DNA of 64,000 bases from Octopus vulgaris (Eukaryota), in assembly GCA_951406725.2 (NCBI GenBank), contig OX597834.1:21700001-21764000 (forward strand), given 5' to 3'. Below, piece after piece: positions 11,276 through 23,920 of this stretch. The notes beneath the pieces are model-generated. The model searched no databases, had not been told where the DNA came from, and worked only from the letters and a program-made list of their open reading frames with translations. The position numbers and the translations under genes are program-made. Within the stretch, counting starts at the first letter, position 1. Each line of letters opens with the position of its first letter.

Positions 11276-11367
11276 CATAATTCCACAGTGACTTAATGTC
11301 CATTGCACTAACCATTCTGCCAGCTCACTGCCTTAATTATAATAATGATGATGATGATGATGATGAT

Positions 11368-11709
11368 TTCATTTATTTGCCACAAAGGCAAAGGATGAGG
11401 GGGAGGGGCAATACAGAGACAGGCATAAAGTGTAGGGGTTTACATATAATGAAATGATAGGGAAAAAAGGTAAGCATACATGGTATACATTGAAACGGAA
11501 GGGACATATGCTTAGCATAGAAAGGTTTAAAAGAAGAAAAAAAATGGCTGGGAGGATGATAGAGATGTGGCCCTCCTGATATAGGAAGGCCTCTAGGGAT
11601 AATCGAGGAACCCCACTGTCTGAGATTTCCTTGAAACCGTAGGACCTAGTGCCCTCGACAATTCTTTCTCCACAACTCACAGGGCTACACTTAGAGAGGT
11701 ACCATCCAT

Positions 11710-11711
<2 letters not shown>
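11368..11711 (-). mobile_element. LINE 3' end, same family as 10329-10587, ending ctttgtggcaAATAAAtgaaat
   Basis: Reverse-complement identity to 10329-10587; flanked by (GAT)n and (TAA)n. Confidence 0.65.
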
Positions 11712-11748
<37 letters not shown>

Positions 11749-12332
11749 TTACTGATTTCCACGATAACATTATGTTTTAATAAGGGGTTCGGAACGAAGG
11801 CAAAGGAGAAACAAATATCAGCACCTTTGCCAGTTTGAGTCCAGAATCCCTTTCCTTTACCCCCACAAACCTTACTCAGTCTCTGGGACCACCTCTGGAT
11901 CTAGATTTTTATTTCCAAGAATTTTCAAGTTTGTAGAAACACAAGAGAAACACAAAAGAATACGAACCAACCTTTATTGTACTAATTAATAATTAAGTAT
12001 AATGAAACCCAAACAATACCGTTCTATTCAAACCAACAAATAGCTTTTAAGAGAATATTCATTGTTTTGTTATTTCAAAGCAATGAATTATTATTTAAGA
12101 TTTCAACAAAACTAATTTATAATGAACTTCATAGATTATATACAATACGCTTTTTGTTTATCTAAACTCTATTTTATTAAAAAAAAAAATGGAAAAAAGA
12201 AATTATGTTTAATTATAAAACACATTTTATTCATAATTTCATTTAAACAATTGCGTGATTTTATAAATATATGTGCGTGTAGCTTTCCACATCGTTACTT
12301 TTTCTCCTTGTGTATATGTGTGTACATATATA

Positions 12333-12572
12333 TCATCATCATCATCGTTTAACGTCTGTTTTCCGCGCTAGCACGGGTTGGACAGTTCGACCGGGGTCTG
12401 GGAAGCCAGGGGCTGCACCAGGCTCCAGTCTGATCTGGCAGTGTTTCTACAGCTGGATGCTCTTCCTAACCACTCCGCGAGTGTAGTGGGTGCTTTTTAC
12501 GTGCCACCTGCACAGGTGCCAGAAGGGTCTGGCATCAGCCACGATCGGTTGGTGCTTTTTATGTGCCATCGG
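12333..12572 (-). mobile_element. RTE-type LINE 3' UTR fragment (family C) with (GAT)n tail
   Basis: catcatcgtttaacgtc...ctggatgctcttcctaac...gtgctttttacgtgcc. Confidence 0.8.
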
Positions 12573-12592
12573 TATATATATATATATATATT

Positions 12593-13005
12593 GTGTGGCT
12601 GTGTGGTAAGAAATTTGCTTCCCAGCCTCTCAGTTCTCAGGTTCAGTCCCCCAATGTGGTACCTTGGGCAAGAGTCTTCTACAATAGCCACAGGCTGACC
12701 AAAGCCTTGTGAGTGGATTTGGTAGTAGGAAACAGAAAGAAGCCCGTCATATCTGTCTATCTATTTATCAATCTATATATCAATATGCGCATGTGTGTGT
12801 GTGTGTGTGAGAGTGTTTGTACCCTACTGTCACTTGACAACCAGAGTTGGTTTTTTTAGCTCCCCATAACTTAGCAGTTTGACAAAAGTGACCAATAGAA
12901 TAAGTACAAGGCTTAAAAAAATAAAATAAATCTGGGGTCAATTTGTTTCACTAAGGCACTTCAAGGTGATGTGCTCCAGCATGGCCACAGTAACTAATGA
13001 CTAAA
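12593..13005 (+). mobile_element. SINE A, diverged
   Basis: gtggctgtgtggtaag head to ctccagcatggccacag tail. Confidence 0.85.
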
Positions 13006-13074
13006 ATATATCTACATATATAATATATATATATATAAGCATATATATATATGCTTACTTGGAATTGGATGCGT

Positions 13075-13172
13075 GGTGGTTGTGTGGTAAGTATCTTGCT
13101 TACCAACCACATGGTTCCAAGTTCAGTCCCACTGCATGGCACCTTGGGCAAGTGTCTTCTACTATAACCTCG
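13075..13172 (+). mobile_element. SINE A head fragment
   Basis: tgtgtggtaagtatcttgcttaccaaccacatggttcc...ccttgggcaagtgtcttctac. Confidence 0.8.
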
Positions 13173-13175
13173 TGG

Positions 13176-13532
13176 CACTCCATTTGTTACAATGACGAGG
13201 GTTCCAGTTGATCCGATCCATGGGACAGCCTGCTCGTGAAATTAACGTGCAAGTGGCTGAGTACTCCACAGACACATGTAATCTTAATGTAGTTCTCAGA
13301 GAGATTCAGCATGACACAGAATGTGACAAGGCTGGCCCCTTTGAAATACAGGTACAACAGAAACAGGAAGAAAGAGCGAGAGAAAGTTGTGGTGAAAGAG
13401 TACGTCTGGAGCCATGTGGAGCTTTAGGTGTTTTCACTCAATAAACTCTCACAATGCCCTGTCTGGGAATTGAAACTTCGATCGTATGACCGTGAGTCCG
13501 CTGCCTTAACCAGTGGGCCATTGCTCCTCCAC
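13176..13532 (-). mobile_element. Hybrid SINE: D-type head joined to E-type tail
   Basis: 13360-13532 matches the D head; 13176-13355 matches 48880-49045. Confidence 0.75.
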
Positions 13533-14086
13533 ATATACAGATATATGCATACACAAGCAAACACACTCACCTTAACAATTGGTGTTTTATTTGCTCTGAA
13601 AGTCAAAGAGTTTTTGGTGGGTTTTTTTGTTGTTATTTCATTAGAGTTTGATTTGTTTTTATGCTATATTCATGTAATTAGGAAAAAAACTATTAAGATG
13701 AAAAATTAGATTTTGATTTTTTTTTTTGTTTGTTTGTTTGGTTTATTAAACGTTAATGACATAAAAAGCTCCCAAAAGAACAAGCCAAATTGAATGAGTA
13801 TTTAAAATTACAAGTAACAATTAGTATGTTTATTACTACTATGACAATGGCAACAATGATGCTGACAACTACTGCTAATATTACTACTACTACTACTACT
13901 AATAATAATAATAATAATAATAAACATAATCATAATGATGATGATGACGATGATTTCATTTATTTGCCACCATAAAATGTTGGGGTTTACATATATAGTA
14001 ATCCCTCACCATATTGCGGTTCACCTATCGCACGCTCAGTACATCGTGGATTTTTCTGGCTAATATATACTAATATACTAATATAT

Positions 14087-14470
14087 ACTCTTTTACTTGT
14101 TTCAGTCATTTGACTGTGGCCATGCTAGAGCACCGCCTTAAGTCGAGCAAATCGACTCCAGGACTTATTCATTGTAAGTCTAGTACTTATTCTATCAGCC
14201 TCTTTTGCCGAACCGCTAAGTTACGGGGACGTAAACACACCAGCATTGGTTGTCAAGTGATGTTGGGGGGGGGGCAAACACAGACACAAACATATACACA
14301 CACATACATATATATATATACATATATACGACGGGCTTCTTTCAGTTTCTGTCTGCCAAATCTACTCACAGGGCTTTGGTTAGCCCGAGGCTATAGTAGA
14401 AGACACTTGCCCAAGGTGCCACCATGTGGTTGGTAAGCAAGCTACTTACCACACAGCCACTCCTACGCCT
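14087..14470 (-). mobile_element. SINE A with a small internal deletion
   Basis: Reverse complement of family A; B-box region missing. Confidence 0.88.
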
Positions 14471-14524
14471 ATATTTAAATTTATATTGTGGACTCCTCAG
14501 TATATCGTGGGTTTCTGTGGCTGA

Positions 14525-15040
14525 AGTGTTATCATGTACATTGTTTTGTCTTGGTATAGAAGATGGGTTACAGCAAATATTCTGCTCAATACCACAGATT
14601 TGCTTATCAGTTGTTTGACCTTAACCAGTTAAGCATGTCCCTTAGTGGCTGACGATATGTGCATCTCTGATCACAAGCAGATATAGTGGGGGAGCATCAT
14701 AGCCATGTGTTGCGAGGAATTTTTGGAGGTTTGGATAATTTACCTTTGGAACCATGGGTGGTTCGTTCAGCATTCTTAATCCTTATTCAGGGACCTTTTG
14801 AACGGGATGGAATACTCAACCAGAGGAAAATTCTAACTGGGCCCTACGTGCAAGGTCATGTGCTGTTTATCTTGATATGAGATCACCATGTCGCGCACAT
14901 ATGGTTGTGATGCATGTGCCTGGTGTACCCTTATCAGACGGGTAGTCATGATGGGTATATTGGGCTTTGTATATGTGTACACCAGTGTCACTTTGACGGC
15001 ATGCACTGCTCTCTCACTCAATAATAATAATAATAATAAT
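14525..15040 (+). mobile_element. Probable retroelement 3' UTR ending in (AAT)n
   Basis: GC-richer complex block ending ctctctcactc(aat)n; single copy in the window, family unassigned. Confidence 0.35.
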
Positions 15041-15044
15041 AATT

Positions 15045-15470
15045 AATTCTTTTATTGGCCACAAGGGCTGACAAAAATCAATTATCACATAAAGGGACAA
15101 AACAGGATGAAAGGTTACAAAGGGTTTTGTCCGTTTGTAAAATCCGAGTAAAAAAGCAGTTTAACAACGAAAAACTCCCATTAGGGGGAGGTGTTATGAA
15201 AGGTTCCTGGTGGAAAAAAACCCCATAAAAGCCAACGGGAGCCTGGTCAAAAAGGGGGTAGAGAGCCCCTTTTTCCTTTTATATTACCTTAGCTACAAGG
15301 GCTCACATACAAAACATTAATTGACATGCAACATAAAAGACAAAAACGGGACAATACAATGGGTTTTACATGTAAACAATATAAATAACAATTAAAAGTT
15401 AAACAAATTAAAACTCCCAATAGGGGAGGTGCTTTAAGGTCCTCGTGAAAAAACCCGCAAGAGCCACAAT
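15045..15470 (-). mobile_element. LINE-like 3' end (gcccttgtggccAATAAAagaatt) with internal duplication
   Basis: Same terminus as 52455-52480; 'aaaactccca.taggggg.aggtg' occurs twice. Confidence 0.55.
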
Positions 15471-16044
15471 AATCTTAATAATGTGGTGGGGGCTGTGGCT
15501 GTGGTGGTGAAGAGTAGGTGATGATGGAAATATTATAGAGTAAAATGTTTGTATATAATTATTTCAAGCTGTATTTTAACACAACAACAACATCGACAAC
15601 AACAGGAACAACACGGAGATGAACATGACTAAACTGTTCATGTCAGTTGGGTAACTTCTGAGTAACCTCTCTATATGGAAGCACTTAAGCATCATAATAA
15701 TATTTCGACTATTTTGTTTTTACTAATGATTTTTATGGAAGGAGGAGAGAGAGAGAAAAAATAATAAAGGGACTCTTTTTTTTATGCTTCCATTTTTGGG
15801 TTTCCTCGGTTTGGCATCAAGTATTGAGAAGGAAATGGTTCCTTGCTTCATAGTTTCCAACATCATAATTTTATTCAATTTTTCTTTTCTTGTTTTATTT
15901 TTCAGCATGTTCAACACTTTCATTGTGTGTTTGTGTACAAGTATGAGTGTATGCATGTCTGTGTATGCATGTCTATGCATGCACCTTACTTGTTGGTATA
16001 CTTCCAAAGATTTTTTAATTACTATAATTAAAATAAAGAACCCA

Positions 16045-16093
<49 letters not shown>

Positions 16094-16141
16094 CTTCTTT
16101 CAATTTTGTTTCCATCTCTTGATAAATCTCTTCCCAACACC

Positions 16142-16179
<38 letters not shown>

Positions 16180-16181
<2 letters not shown>

Positions 16182-16411
16182 CATTCAGTAGTTTTATTTT
16201 TTATAACGTGCTTTCACTTCACTACCGAGCACAGCTCTGTGTACCTTGGGTATGTGCTGTGATTTGCTGTGATGCTCTGATGGTTACTGTATTGAAAGTG
16301 TTCTGGTAGGATGTGCGCAGTGCCTAGTTGTGCAATTTTCTGTATGTTATATGTGTTTGTAAGTCCTGGTGTTTTTGTTATGTATTTGTCTGAATATTTT
16401 TTTACCATGCC
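16180..16411 (-). pseudogene. R4/Dong-like LINE 3' end (RLE C-terminus, 3' UTR, (TAA)n tail)
   Basis: MVKKYSDKYITKTPGLTNTYNIQKIAQLGTAHIL matches the IQK.ALLGTAHILR motif; lies within (TAA)n, a known Dong target. Confidence 0.75.
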
Positions 16412-16456
<45 letters not shown>

Positions 16457-16457
16457 A

Positions 16458-16668
16458 GTAGCAAGCTGGCAGAATCATTAGCACACAGGGCAAAATGCTT
16501 AGCAGTATTTCACCTGCCGCTATGTTCTGAGTTCAAATTCTGCCAAAGTCATCTTTGCCTTTCATCCTTTTGGGGTCAATTAATTAAGTACCAATGAAAC
16601 ACTGGGGTTAATGTAATTCACTTAATCCCTTCCCCTAAATTTCAGGCCTTGTGCCTATAGTAGAAAAA
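16458..16668 (+). mobile_element. SINE B (tail type 2)
   Basis: agctggcagaatcattagcac...tttgcctttcatccttttggggtc...aaatttcaggccttgtgcc. Confidence 0.85.
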
Positions 16669-16684
16669 TTATTATTAATATTAA

Positions 16685-16718
<34 letters not shown>

Positions 16719-17020
16719 GAACAGCTATTATTACATGTGGAGCAAATCTGACTGTCAGCCAGATCCATCATGCGGACTGCTCCACCACCCACCTTTAACA
16801 AAGCTGGGCAGGCAGTGTCCCGCTGTCTAATGGCTATGGTGAAGAGGTTGTCTGGTGGATGAAGATGACAGGATTGAGAACAGACACCTTCCTCTTTGGT
16901 CCACCTTTCATCAATTATTCTATGTTCCACTTGGAAAGGAGAGTGTGTGGGGAGAGAGATGTTCTACCTCACAGTGAATTTGTGAAAAGATGGGTGACTG
17001 TGGCAAAAATGGTTAGTGAG
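16719..17020 (+). pseudogene. Degenerate L1/Tx1-like ORF2 C-terminal fragment
   Basis: EQLLLHVEQI*LSARSIMRTAPPPTFNKAGQAVSRCLMAMVK/EVVWWMKMTGLRTDTFLFGPPFINYSMFHLERRVCGERDVLPHSEFVKRWVTVAKMV, with one stop and one frameshift. Confidence 0.5.
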
Positions 17021-17069
17021 TTCTGGTATCATGTATTGCTTATGCACACACACACATACACACACACAC

Positions 17070-17230
17070 ACAATGGGCTTCTTTCAGTTTCTGTCTGCCA
17101 AAGCTACTCAGAAGGCATTGGTTGGCTTGAGGTTATGTAGAAGATACTTGCCCAAGGTGTTACACAGTAGGACTGAACCCAAGACCATGTGGTTGGGAAG
17201 CAAGCTTCTTACCACACAGCCACACCTACA
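17070..17230 (-). mobile_element. SINE A 5' half
   Basis: gggcttctttcagtttc...cttaccacacagccac. Confidence 0.8.
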
Positions 17231-17427
17231 CTTAAAAGGACGATGATAGCGGTGGAGATGGCCAGGGTCTGTACAACCAGCTTCATCCACGTTTCCATCT
17301 CCCAAATTCCCATGGTCCATCTGAGACAATAGCAAAAGACGCATACTCAAAGCTGAAGCAAACTTCTTCACCACATGACCACTTTTACTCCTTGCATGGT
17401 TATACATAGAACAATCTAAGAATCACC

Positions 17428-17685
17428 ATGCCAGTGGCACGTAAAGAACACCAACCGATCGTCACCGCTGCCAGACTCCCCTGGCACCTGTGCCGGTGGC
17501 ACGTAAAAAGCACCCACTACACTCACGGAGTGGTTGGCGTTAGGAAGGGCATCCAGCTGTAGAAACACTGCCAGAGCAGACTGGAGCCTGGTGCAGCCTC
17601 CTGGCTTCCCAGACCCCGGTCGAACCGTCCAACCCATACTAGCACGGAAAACGGACGTTAAACGATAATGATGATGATGATGATG
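17428..17685 (+). mobile_element. 5'-truncated RTE 3' UTR (family C) with a 15-bp target-site duplication
   Basis: TSD aatctaagaatcacc at 17413-17427 and 17686-17700; (GAT)n tail. Confidence 0.9.
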
Positions 17686-18019
17686 AATCTAAGAATCACC
17701 TTCTGAAGAATTACCCTTTTCTCATTCTTAGAACCTACATGATTGCTTAACTAGTATTTCCTTTCTTGTCATCTTTGTGTTGTTGCTTTCGAGTGAAAAT
17801 AGACATTTAAAGAAAAAATAAATAAATTTTCTTTTGTCTTAAATCTAATTTTGCACATCAGGTAATTAAAACTTAATTTTAACTTCCCAGCAGAATATTC
17901 TAATTTAGTTAATGACTTGAAATTATATCTCAAAGCATGAAAACAAATTGCACACACATACATACGCATCTACAGGCTTGTGTGTTTTTGTATATATGTA
18001 TACACACATATATATATGT

Positions 18020-18170
18020 GCAGAGGCATGACTGTACAGTGAAACAAATTTACTTCCCAATCTTATGAGTTTAGGTTCAATCCCAGTGCTTGACGCCTTG
18101 GGCAAATGTTTTCTCTAATAGCCCAAGGTCTTGTGAGTGGATTTGGTTGAAAGAAACTGAAAGAAGCCTG
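18020..18170 (+). mobile_element. SINE A head, diverged
   Basis: ggttcaatcccagtg...ccttgggcaaatg...gtgagtggatttgg...aaactgaaagaagcc. Confidence 0.7.
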
Positions 18171-18248
18171 TAGTACACACACACACATTCACACACTCTC
18201 ACACACACACATACACATGCACACACACTCTCTCACACACCCACTCAA

Positions 18249-18285
<37 letters not shown>

Positions 18286-18687
18286 CACACATACACACAC
18301 ACTCTCACACACCCACTCAAACACAAACACAGACACTCTCACACACACCCACTCACACACACCCACTCACACACACACACACATATATCTTGTCAGTAAA
18401 TCATAAATCCAAAAGAGAGGCACAGTCTAAGTTCTAGAGAGCAGCAGAGTATTCAGACAAAGATGGTTAAAGCCGGTCAATGGGGTCACCCAGGGACTTG
18501 CATCCATAAAACACTTAGCTTTACAACATCTTTTCAGACAGGGATGCTGTAATGCTAAGCACTGGTCAAACGGTCCAACCTGTGTAAGCATGGACAACAG
18601 ATGTTAGATGATGATGATGATGGTGGTGGTGGTGGTGATGGTGATGGTGGTGGTGGTGGTTGTGGTGGTGGTGGTGGTTGTGATGGG

Positions 18688-18720
<33 letters not shown>

Positions 18721-19469
18721 GGTGGTGGTGGTGGTGGTGGTGATGATGGTGATGGCTGTGAACCGTACTCCTAGACAGACTACGACAGGTTGGTCACATC
18801 TGGATTGTCTTTAACCACAGGTCTAGGGAATTCAGAGATGACCTGAGAACTAAACAGTACCTCCGTGAACAGCAGAGAAATCCTATCTCAAGCAATACAA
18901 AACGATATAAGATTTTTCATATTGAGAAAATGGCTCCAAAACGCTTGTGCAGTTATTAAGTGTTTTGTTTCTTTTTATTTCTGTGTTTGTTGCTTTTTTT
19001 GTTTTCATTAATAAAAATGAGGGTGAGTCAAGGTTATCGCTGTTTTAGAGGCAAGTAACCACAAACCTGCTGCCCACCCCTGTAAATATAAAATTGATTG
19101 GATCTGGTGGCTGCACAAGTGTTTGTCTGGAATCAGTTTTGTTATGTTATCCTCCGATGGGACAATGAATAATGAGAGAGGGTGGGAGAGAAGGGGAGGT
19201 GGGGAGGAGAGAGAGAAGGGGAGATGAAGAGGGGGAGGAGAGAGAGAGAGACTAACAGGCAGAGGGACTGAGCGACATATGAATAGACAGATAGATACAC
19301 ACATACAGACATACGTACAGACCGACATACTGATTGGGAAGCAGACATACAAATAGATGAACCAACAGACAGACAGACAGACAGATAGATAGAGGAGAGA
19401 GAGAGAGAGACAAACAGATTGAAAAACTGACATGCAAATATATAGATAGATGGATTAATAGCTAGATAT

Positions 19470-19477
19470 AGATAGAC

Positions 19478-19512
<35 letters not shown>

Positions 19513-19525
19513 CAGAGAGACAGAC

Positions 19526-19572
<47 letters not shown>

Positions 19573-19613
19573 CAGATAGACAGATAGATAGATAGATAGA
19601 TAGAGAGACAGAC

Positions 19614-19667
<54 letters not shown>

Positions 19668-19668
19668 G
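19470..19668. repeat. (GATA/GACA)n tetranucleotide microsatellite
   Basis: Seen directly. Confidence 0.95.
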
Positions 19669-19915
19669 CATATACATACAGATGTCAAACAAACAGATAG
19701 ATTGAAAGAGAGGCATACAAATAGAGAGATAGATACACATGCATGCACACACACACATACACACAAGCAGAGGCACCCACCCACGCATATATAATAAATA
19801 CAGATTTATATATACACACAGAAGCAAATAATCATATTCACTTATATACACACACATCTGCATATGTACACACACTCACAGCTACATGTACACACACACA
19901 CATAACCACAAGTAC

Positions 19916-19946
<31 letters not shown>

Positions 19947-20934
19947 ACCATAAGTACATATATATATATATATATATACACGCACACACATATATACTCA
20001 CATATGACCACATATATCATACATTATATGTGGTCATATGTACGTACAAACACAGACACAACCTTATGTGCACACACACACACTACTATATATATATACA
20101 CATACACACAAACACACACACACAAATATATATACATACACATACACACAAAAACAACCTCATGTGCACACATGCACAACCATGTATACATACACAGACA
20201 CACAAACACAACCACACACATGCACACAATCACACACATACAACCACAACTACATTTACTCACACACATCTATAACCACACACTCACACATACACACACA
20301 CATGTATATAAATCCTACAATTTATATACAAACAATTGTTAAGAGGAAGACTTGAAGGAAATAAAACAAAACGAATTCAATATTTGCCTCATTAATATCG
20401 ATTTTGGTGTTGTTCTTCTTCTTGTTATCGTCGTTGTTTTTTCTGTTGTTGTCGAGTAGGTTTTTTTTTTTTTATTATTATTTATTTCATAATACAAGTG
20501 GAAAATATCTGCATGGATTCAGACATAAAAATCACTCTCCCATGACCACCACACTGAAAAACTCGATAAACCAAACCATAAATAAATACACAAATAAAAC
20601 AAATTAAACAAAAGAAAATGATAAAAGAAATAAAATTAGTAAAAAAAAAACAAGTCAGTAAATAAATAAAAATTTTTGGAACCTTGGAACTCTAAGAGAA
20701 GGACACCTGGTTGAAGACTTATAGTCAAAAGTTGTCAGTGAATTCTACAAGGAAACATTAATACAATGGAATGACTAGTTCCATGGAAAATGGTTTTAGA
20801 CATTCTAAGTACCAATTTCTGAGAGAAATGGAGCAACGGTGCCATTTATGGGTCTTGGAGTGTAAATATCTACCATTTGTCTGCATTTATGGAATTTATG
20901 ATTTCTTCAAAGAATTTAGTAGGGGGTTCTTTTA

Positions 20935-21322
20935 TCTTCTACTTATTTGTTTCAGGCCATGCTGGGGCACCACCTTAAAGAATTTTAGTTGAATGAATCA
21001 ATCCCAGTATTTTTTTTTTTTCTGTTTTCTTTGTAAAGTCTGGTACTTAATCTATCAGTCTTTTTTGCCAAACCACTATGTTACCAGGAACATAAACGCA
21101 CCAACACTGCTTGTGAAGCAGTGATGGGGGACAGACACAAAAACACACACTCATATATGTATGTGTGTACAATGGGATTCCTTCAGTTTCCATCTACCAA
21201 ATCCACTCGGTCAGCCTAAGGCCATAATAGAAGACACTTGCCTAAGGTGCAACACGGTGGGACTGAACTCAGAACCATATGGTTTGAAGGCAAATGTCTT
21301 ACCATACAGCCACTCTTGTACC
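20935..21322 (-). mobile_element. SINE A, diverged
   Basis: Reverse complement of family A from tail to head. Confidence 0.8.
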
Positions 21323-21911
21323 TATATCTAAGGAAATTCTACAGTTATTGTGAAAATTCTAAGACTACTCGAAGTTTCTAGGTGCAGACATGAACATTTG
21401 GCTAAGAAGCTCAGTATGCAATTTTGTAATTTTAGGTTCAATCCTAGACTGGGGCATATCAGGCAAATGTTTTTTCAGCTATAGCCCCTGCGATGACCCA
21501 TGCATTGTGATTCAGTTTCTTAGATGGAAATTGAAAGAAGCCCATCATATATCATCATCATCATTTAATGTCCACTTTTCCATGCTCACATGGGGCAGAC
21601 GGAATTTATTGCAGCAGATTATCTACGGCCCGATGCCCTTCCTCTTTATATATTTATAAACACACATAACCAGCAAGCTCTTTCTGTAGCCTCTCCCATC
21701 CTACATACAGCTACCCTTCACTCTTTTCCTCTCGTAATATCAATTTCATTCAGGTGTTAACCCTGGAGTTTACTTTTATTAAACTCTGGAGTTTACTTTT
21801 ATTAAACTCATCAACAGGTACAGGCTATCAGATACAACTTCAAATCAGAGACCGAGACCAGATTATTTTAGAAATCATATTTCTGAAAATCCATAAATAT
21901 CCATAGAATAT

Positions 21912-22184
21912 ATATAATTATTAACAAGGTGAGTGAAAGAAGCAAGTCATCCCATTAAATAAATTCACAATTGTTTCATCGATATTCAATCTTAAGAGTA
22001 TTACTATATTTATTATATAATATACACAACTATAGATTCCTGAGGTATCATTTATACTGATACAATAGAATATCGATATTTTGTATTTATGCATAAAATT
22101 CCATTCTCGTGAAATGAATATTGATGAAACAATTGTAAATTCATGTAATAAAATTACTTGCTCACTTCATTCTCCCTGTGAATA

Positions 22185-22190
<6 letters not shown>
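21912..22190. mobile_element. Foldback/MITE-like element with ~75-bp imperfect terminal inverted repeats
   Basis: aattcacaattgtttcatcgatattca (21962-21988) pairs with tgaatattgatgaaacaattgtaaatt (22115-22141); weaker pairing extends to both ends; TA-flanked. Confidence 0.65.
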
Positions 22191-22231
<41 letters not shown>

Positions 22232-22250
22232 CATATATATATACACACAC

Positions 22251-22292
<42 letters not shown>

Positions 22293-22418
22293 CAAACTGT
22301 TATTAAATAAATGTGTGTGTATATATAAAAGACACTTAATATAAATAAAATATTTATTAATCAGCCAGTTTTCTTTTGAATAATATAATATATATATATA
22401 TGTAGTATCGATAAAAGA

Positions 22419-22665
22419 TTATGTCTTTGATATCATTCCATAGTTTATAAGTCAATTGTCTTAAAAATAATACAAATAAATTATGTCTTTGATTTTCTTC
22501 CATAGTTTACAAATCACAAAACTCAGAAATAATATAAAAGTTATGTGTACAATATATATTGTGCCTTTGATGTCGTTCCATAGTTTTTAAGTCTATTGTC
22601 TTAGAAATAAAACAAACATTACATATACAATACTTTATGTCTTTGATTTCTTTCCATACTTAAAA
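22419..22665. repeat. Minisatellite, about four copies of a 60-78 bp unit
   Basis: ttatgtctttgat...ttccatagttta repeated. Confidence 0.8.
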
Positions 22666-23152
22666 CTTACTTTTTCTTTATTTAATGCCTTCTGTACATA
22701 CGAAGACCAGAGTAGAGTAACATTACACACAGTTTCATTTTACAGACAGTTAAACTTCATTATCAATCGTAACATATCCGTATCACCAATTTAATCATTT
22801 TAGACAGCCTCTAATTATGGTCAGCTATCTTTATTCCTGGGTGTTTAAATAGCACTTAAGTGAGTTTGAACTCACACCTTTTGATATCTAAACTAACAGA
22901 GTGTCATCTTCATCATTATCATCATCATTGTTTTATTGTCCACTTTTCCATGCTTGAATGGGTCAGATGGATTTTCTTGAAGCAGATTTTATTTCTCTAT
23001 GGCTGGATGTTCTTCCTGTTGCCAACCCTCATCTAGTTCCAGGCCAGGTAATATTTTTCCTGAAAAGATCGGTGCTCGAAAAGTAAGGGGTGTTACCTTA
23101 TTTCACGGGTAGTGAACAGCTGACAGTGATAGAAGCTGTGCAAATACTATAA

Positions 23153-23218
<66 letters not shown>

Positions 23219-23273
23219 AATATTAATAATGATAATGATAATAACATTAATAATGATAATAATAATAATAATG

Positions 23274-23316
<43 letters not shown>

Positions 23317-23318
23317 TG

Positions 23319-23352
<34 letters not shown>

Positions 23353-23535
23353 TGATAATAATAATAATAATAATAAAAATAATAATGATAATGATAATAA
23401 TAATAATAAAGATAGTAATAATAATAATAATGATAATAATAAAGATAGTAATAATAATAATAAGATCACTGTTAGAAAGAAGTTAAGCTGATAATAATAA
23501 AAATGATAATGATGATGATGATGATGACGATGACG
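23153..23535. repeat. (AAT/GAT)n microsatellite
   Basis: Seen directly. Confidence 0.95.
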
Positions 23536-23539
23536 ACTA

Positions 23540-23920
23540 TAGCCACAAGGCCCGAAGTTTGGCGGGCAGGGGCGAGTCAATTACATTGACTCCAGTGCGT
23601 AACTGGTACTTGATTTATTGACCCTGGAAAGATGAAAGCAAAGTCAACCTTGTCAGTATTTGAACTCAGAACCTTAAAGGCAGACAAAATACCTATTTCT
23701 TTATTACCCACAAGGGGCTAAACACAGAGGGGACAAACAAGGACAGACATAGGTATTAAGTCGATTACATCGACCCCAGTGCGTAACTGGTACTTAATTT
23801 ATCGACCCCGAAAGGATGAAAGGCAAAGTCGACCTCGGCGGAATTTGAACTCACAACGTAACGCAGACGAAATACCGCTAAGCATTTCGCCCGGCGTGCT
23901 AACGTTTCTGCCAGCTCACC
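23540..23920 (-). mobile_element. SINE B dimer (type-1-tailed body followed by type-2-tailed body)
   Basis: Junction cagacaaaatacc|tatttctttattacccac at about 23693, equivalent to the junction at 11042. Confidence 0.85.

Noticed and set aside
17260-17400. Peptide HGPSETIAKDAYSKLK as a LINE AP-endonuclease remnant
   Set aside because: Similarity too short and weak to support.
22419-22665. CRISPR-like spaced repeats (also 43225-43435, 47561-47657, 24790-25030)
   Set aside because: Spacers are homologous or microsatellite, the context is eukaryotic, and there are no cas genes; these are ordinary minisatellites or TE-internal repeats.
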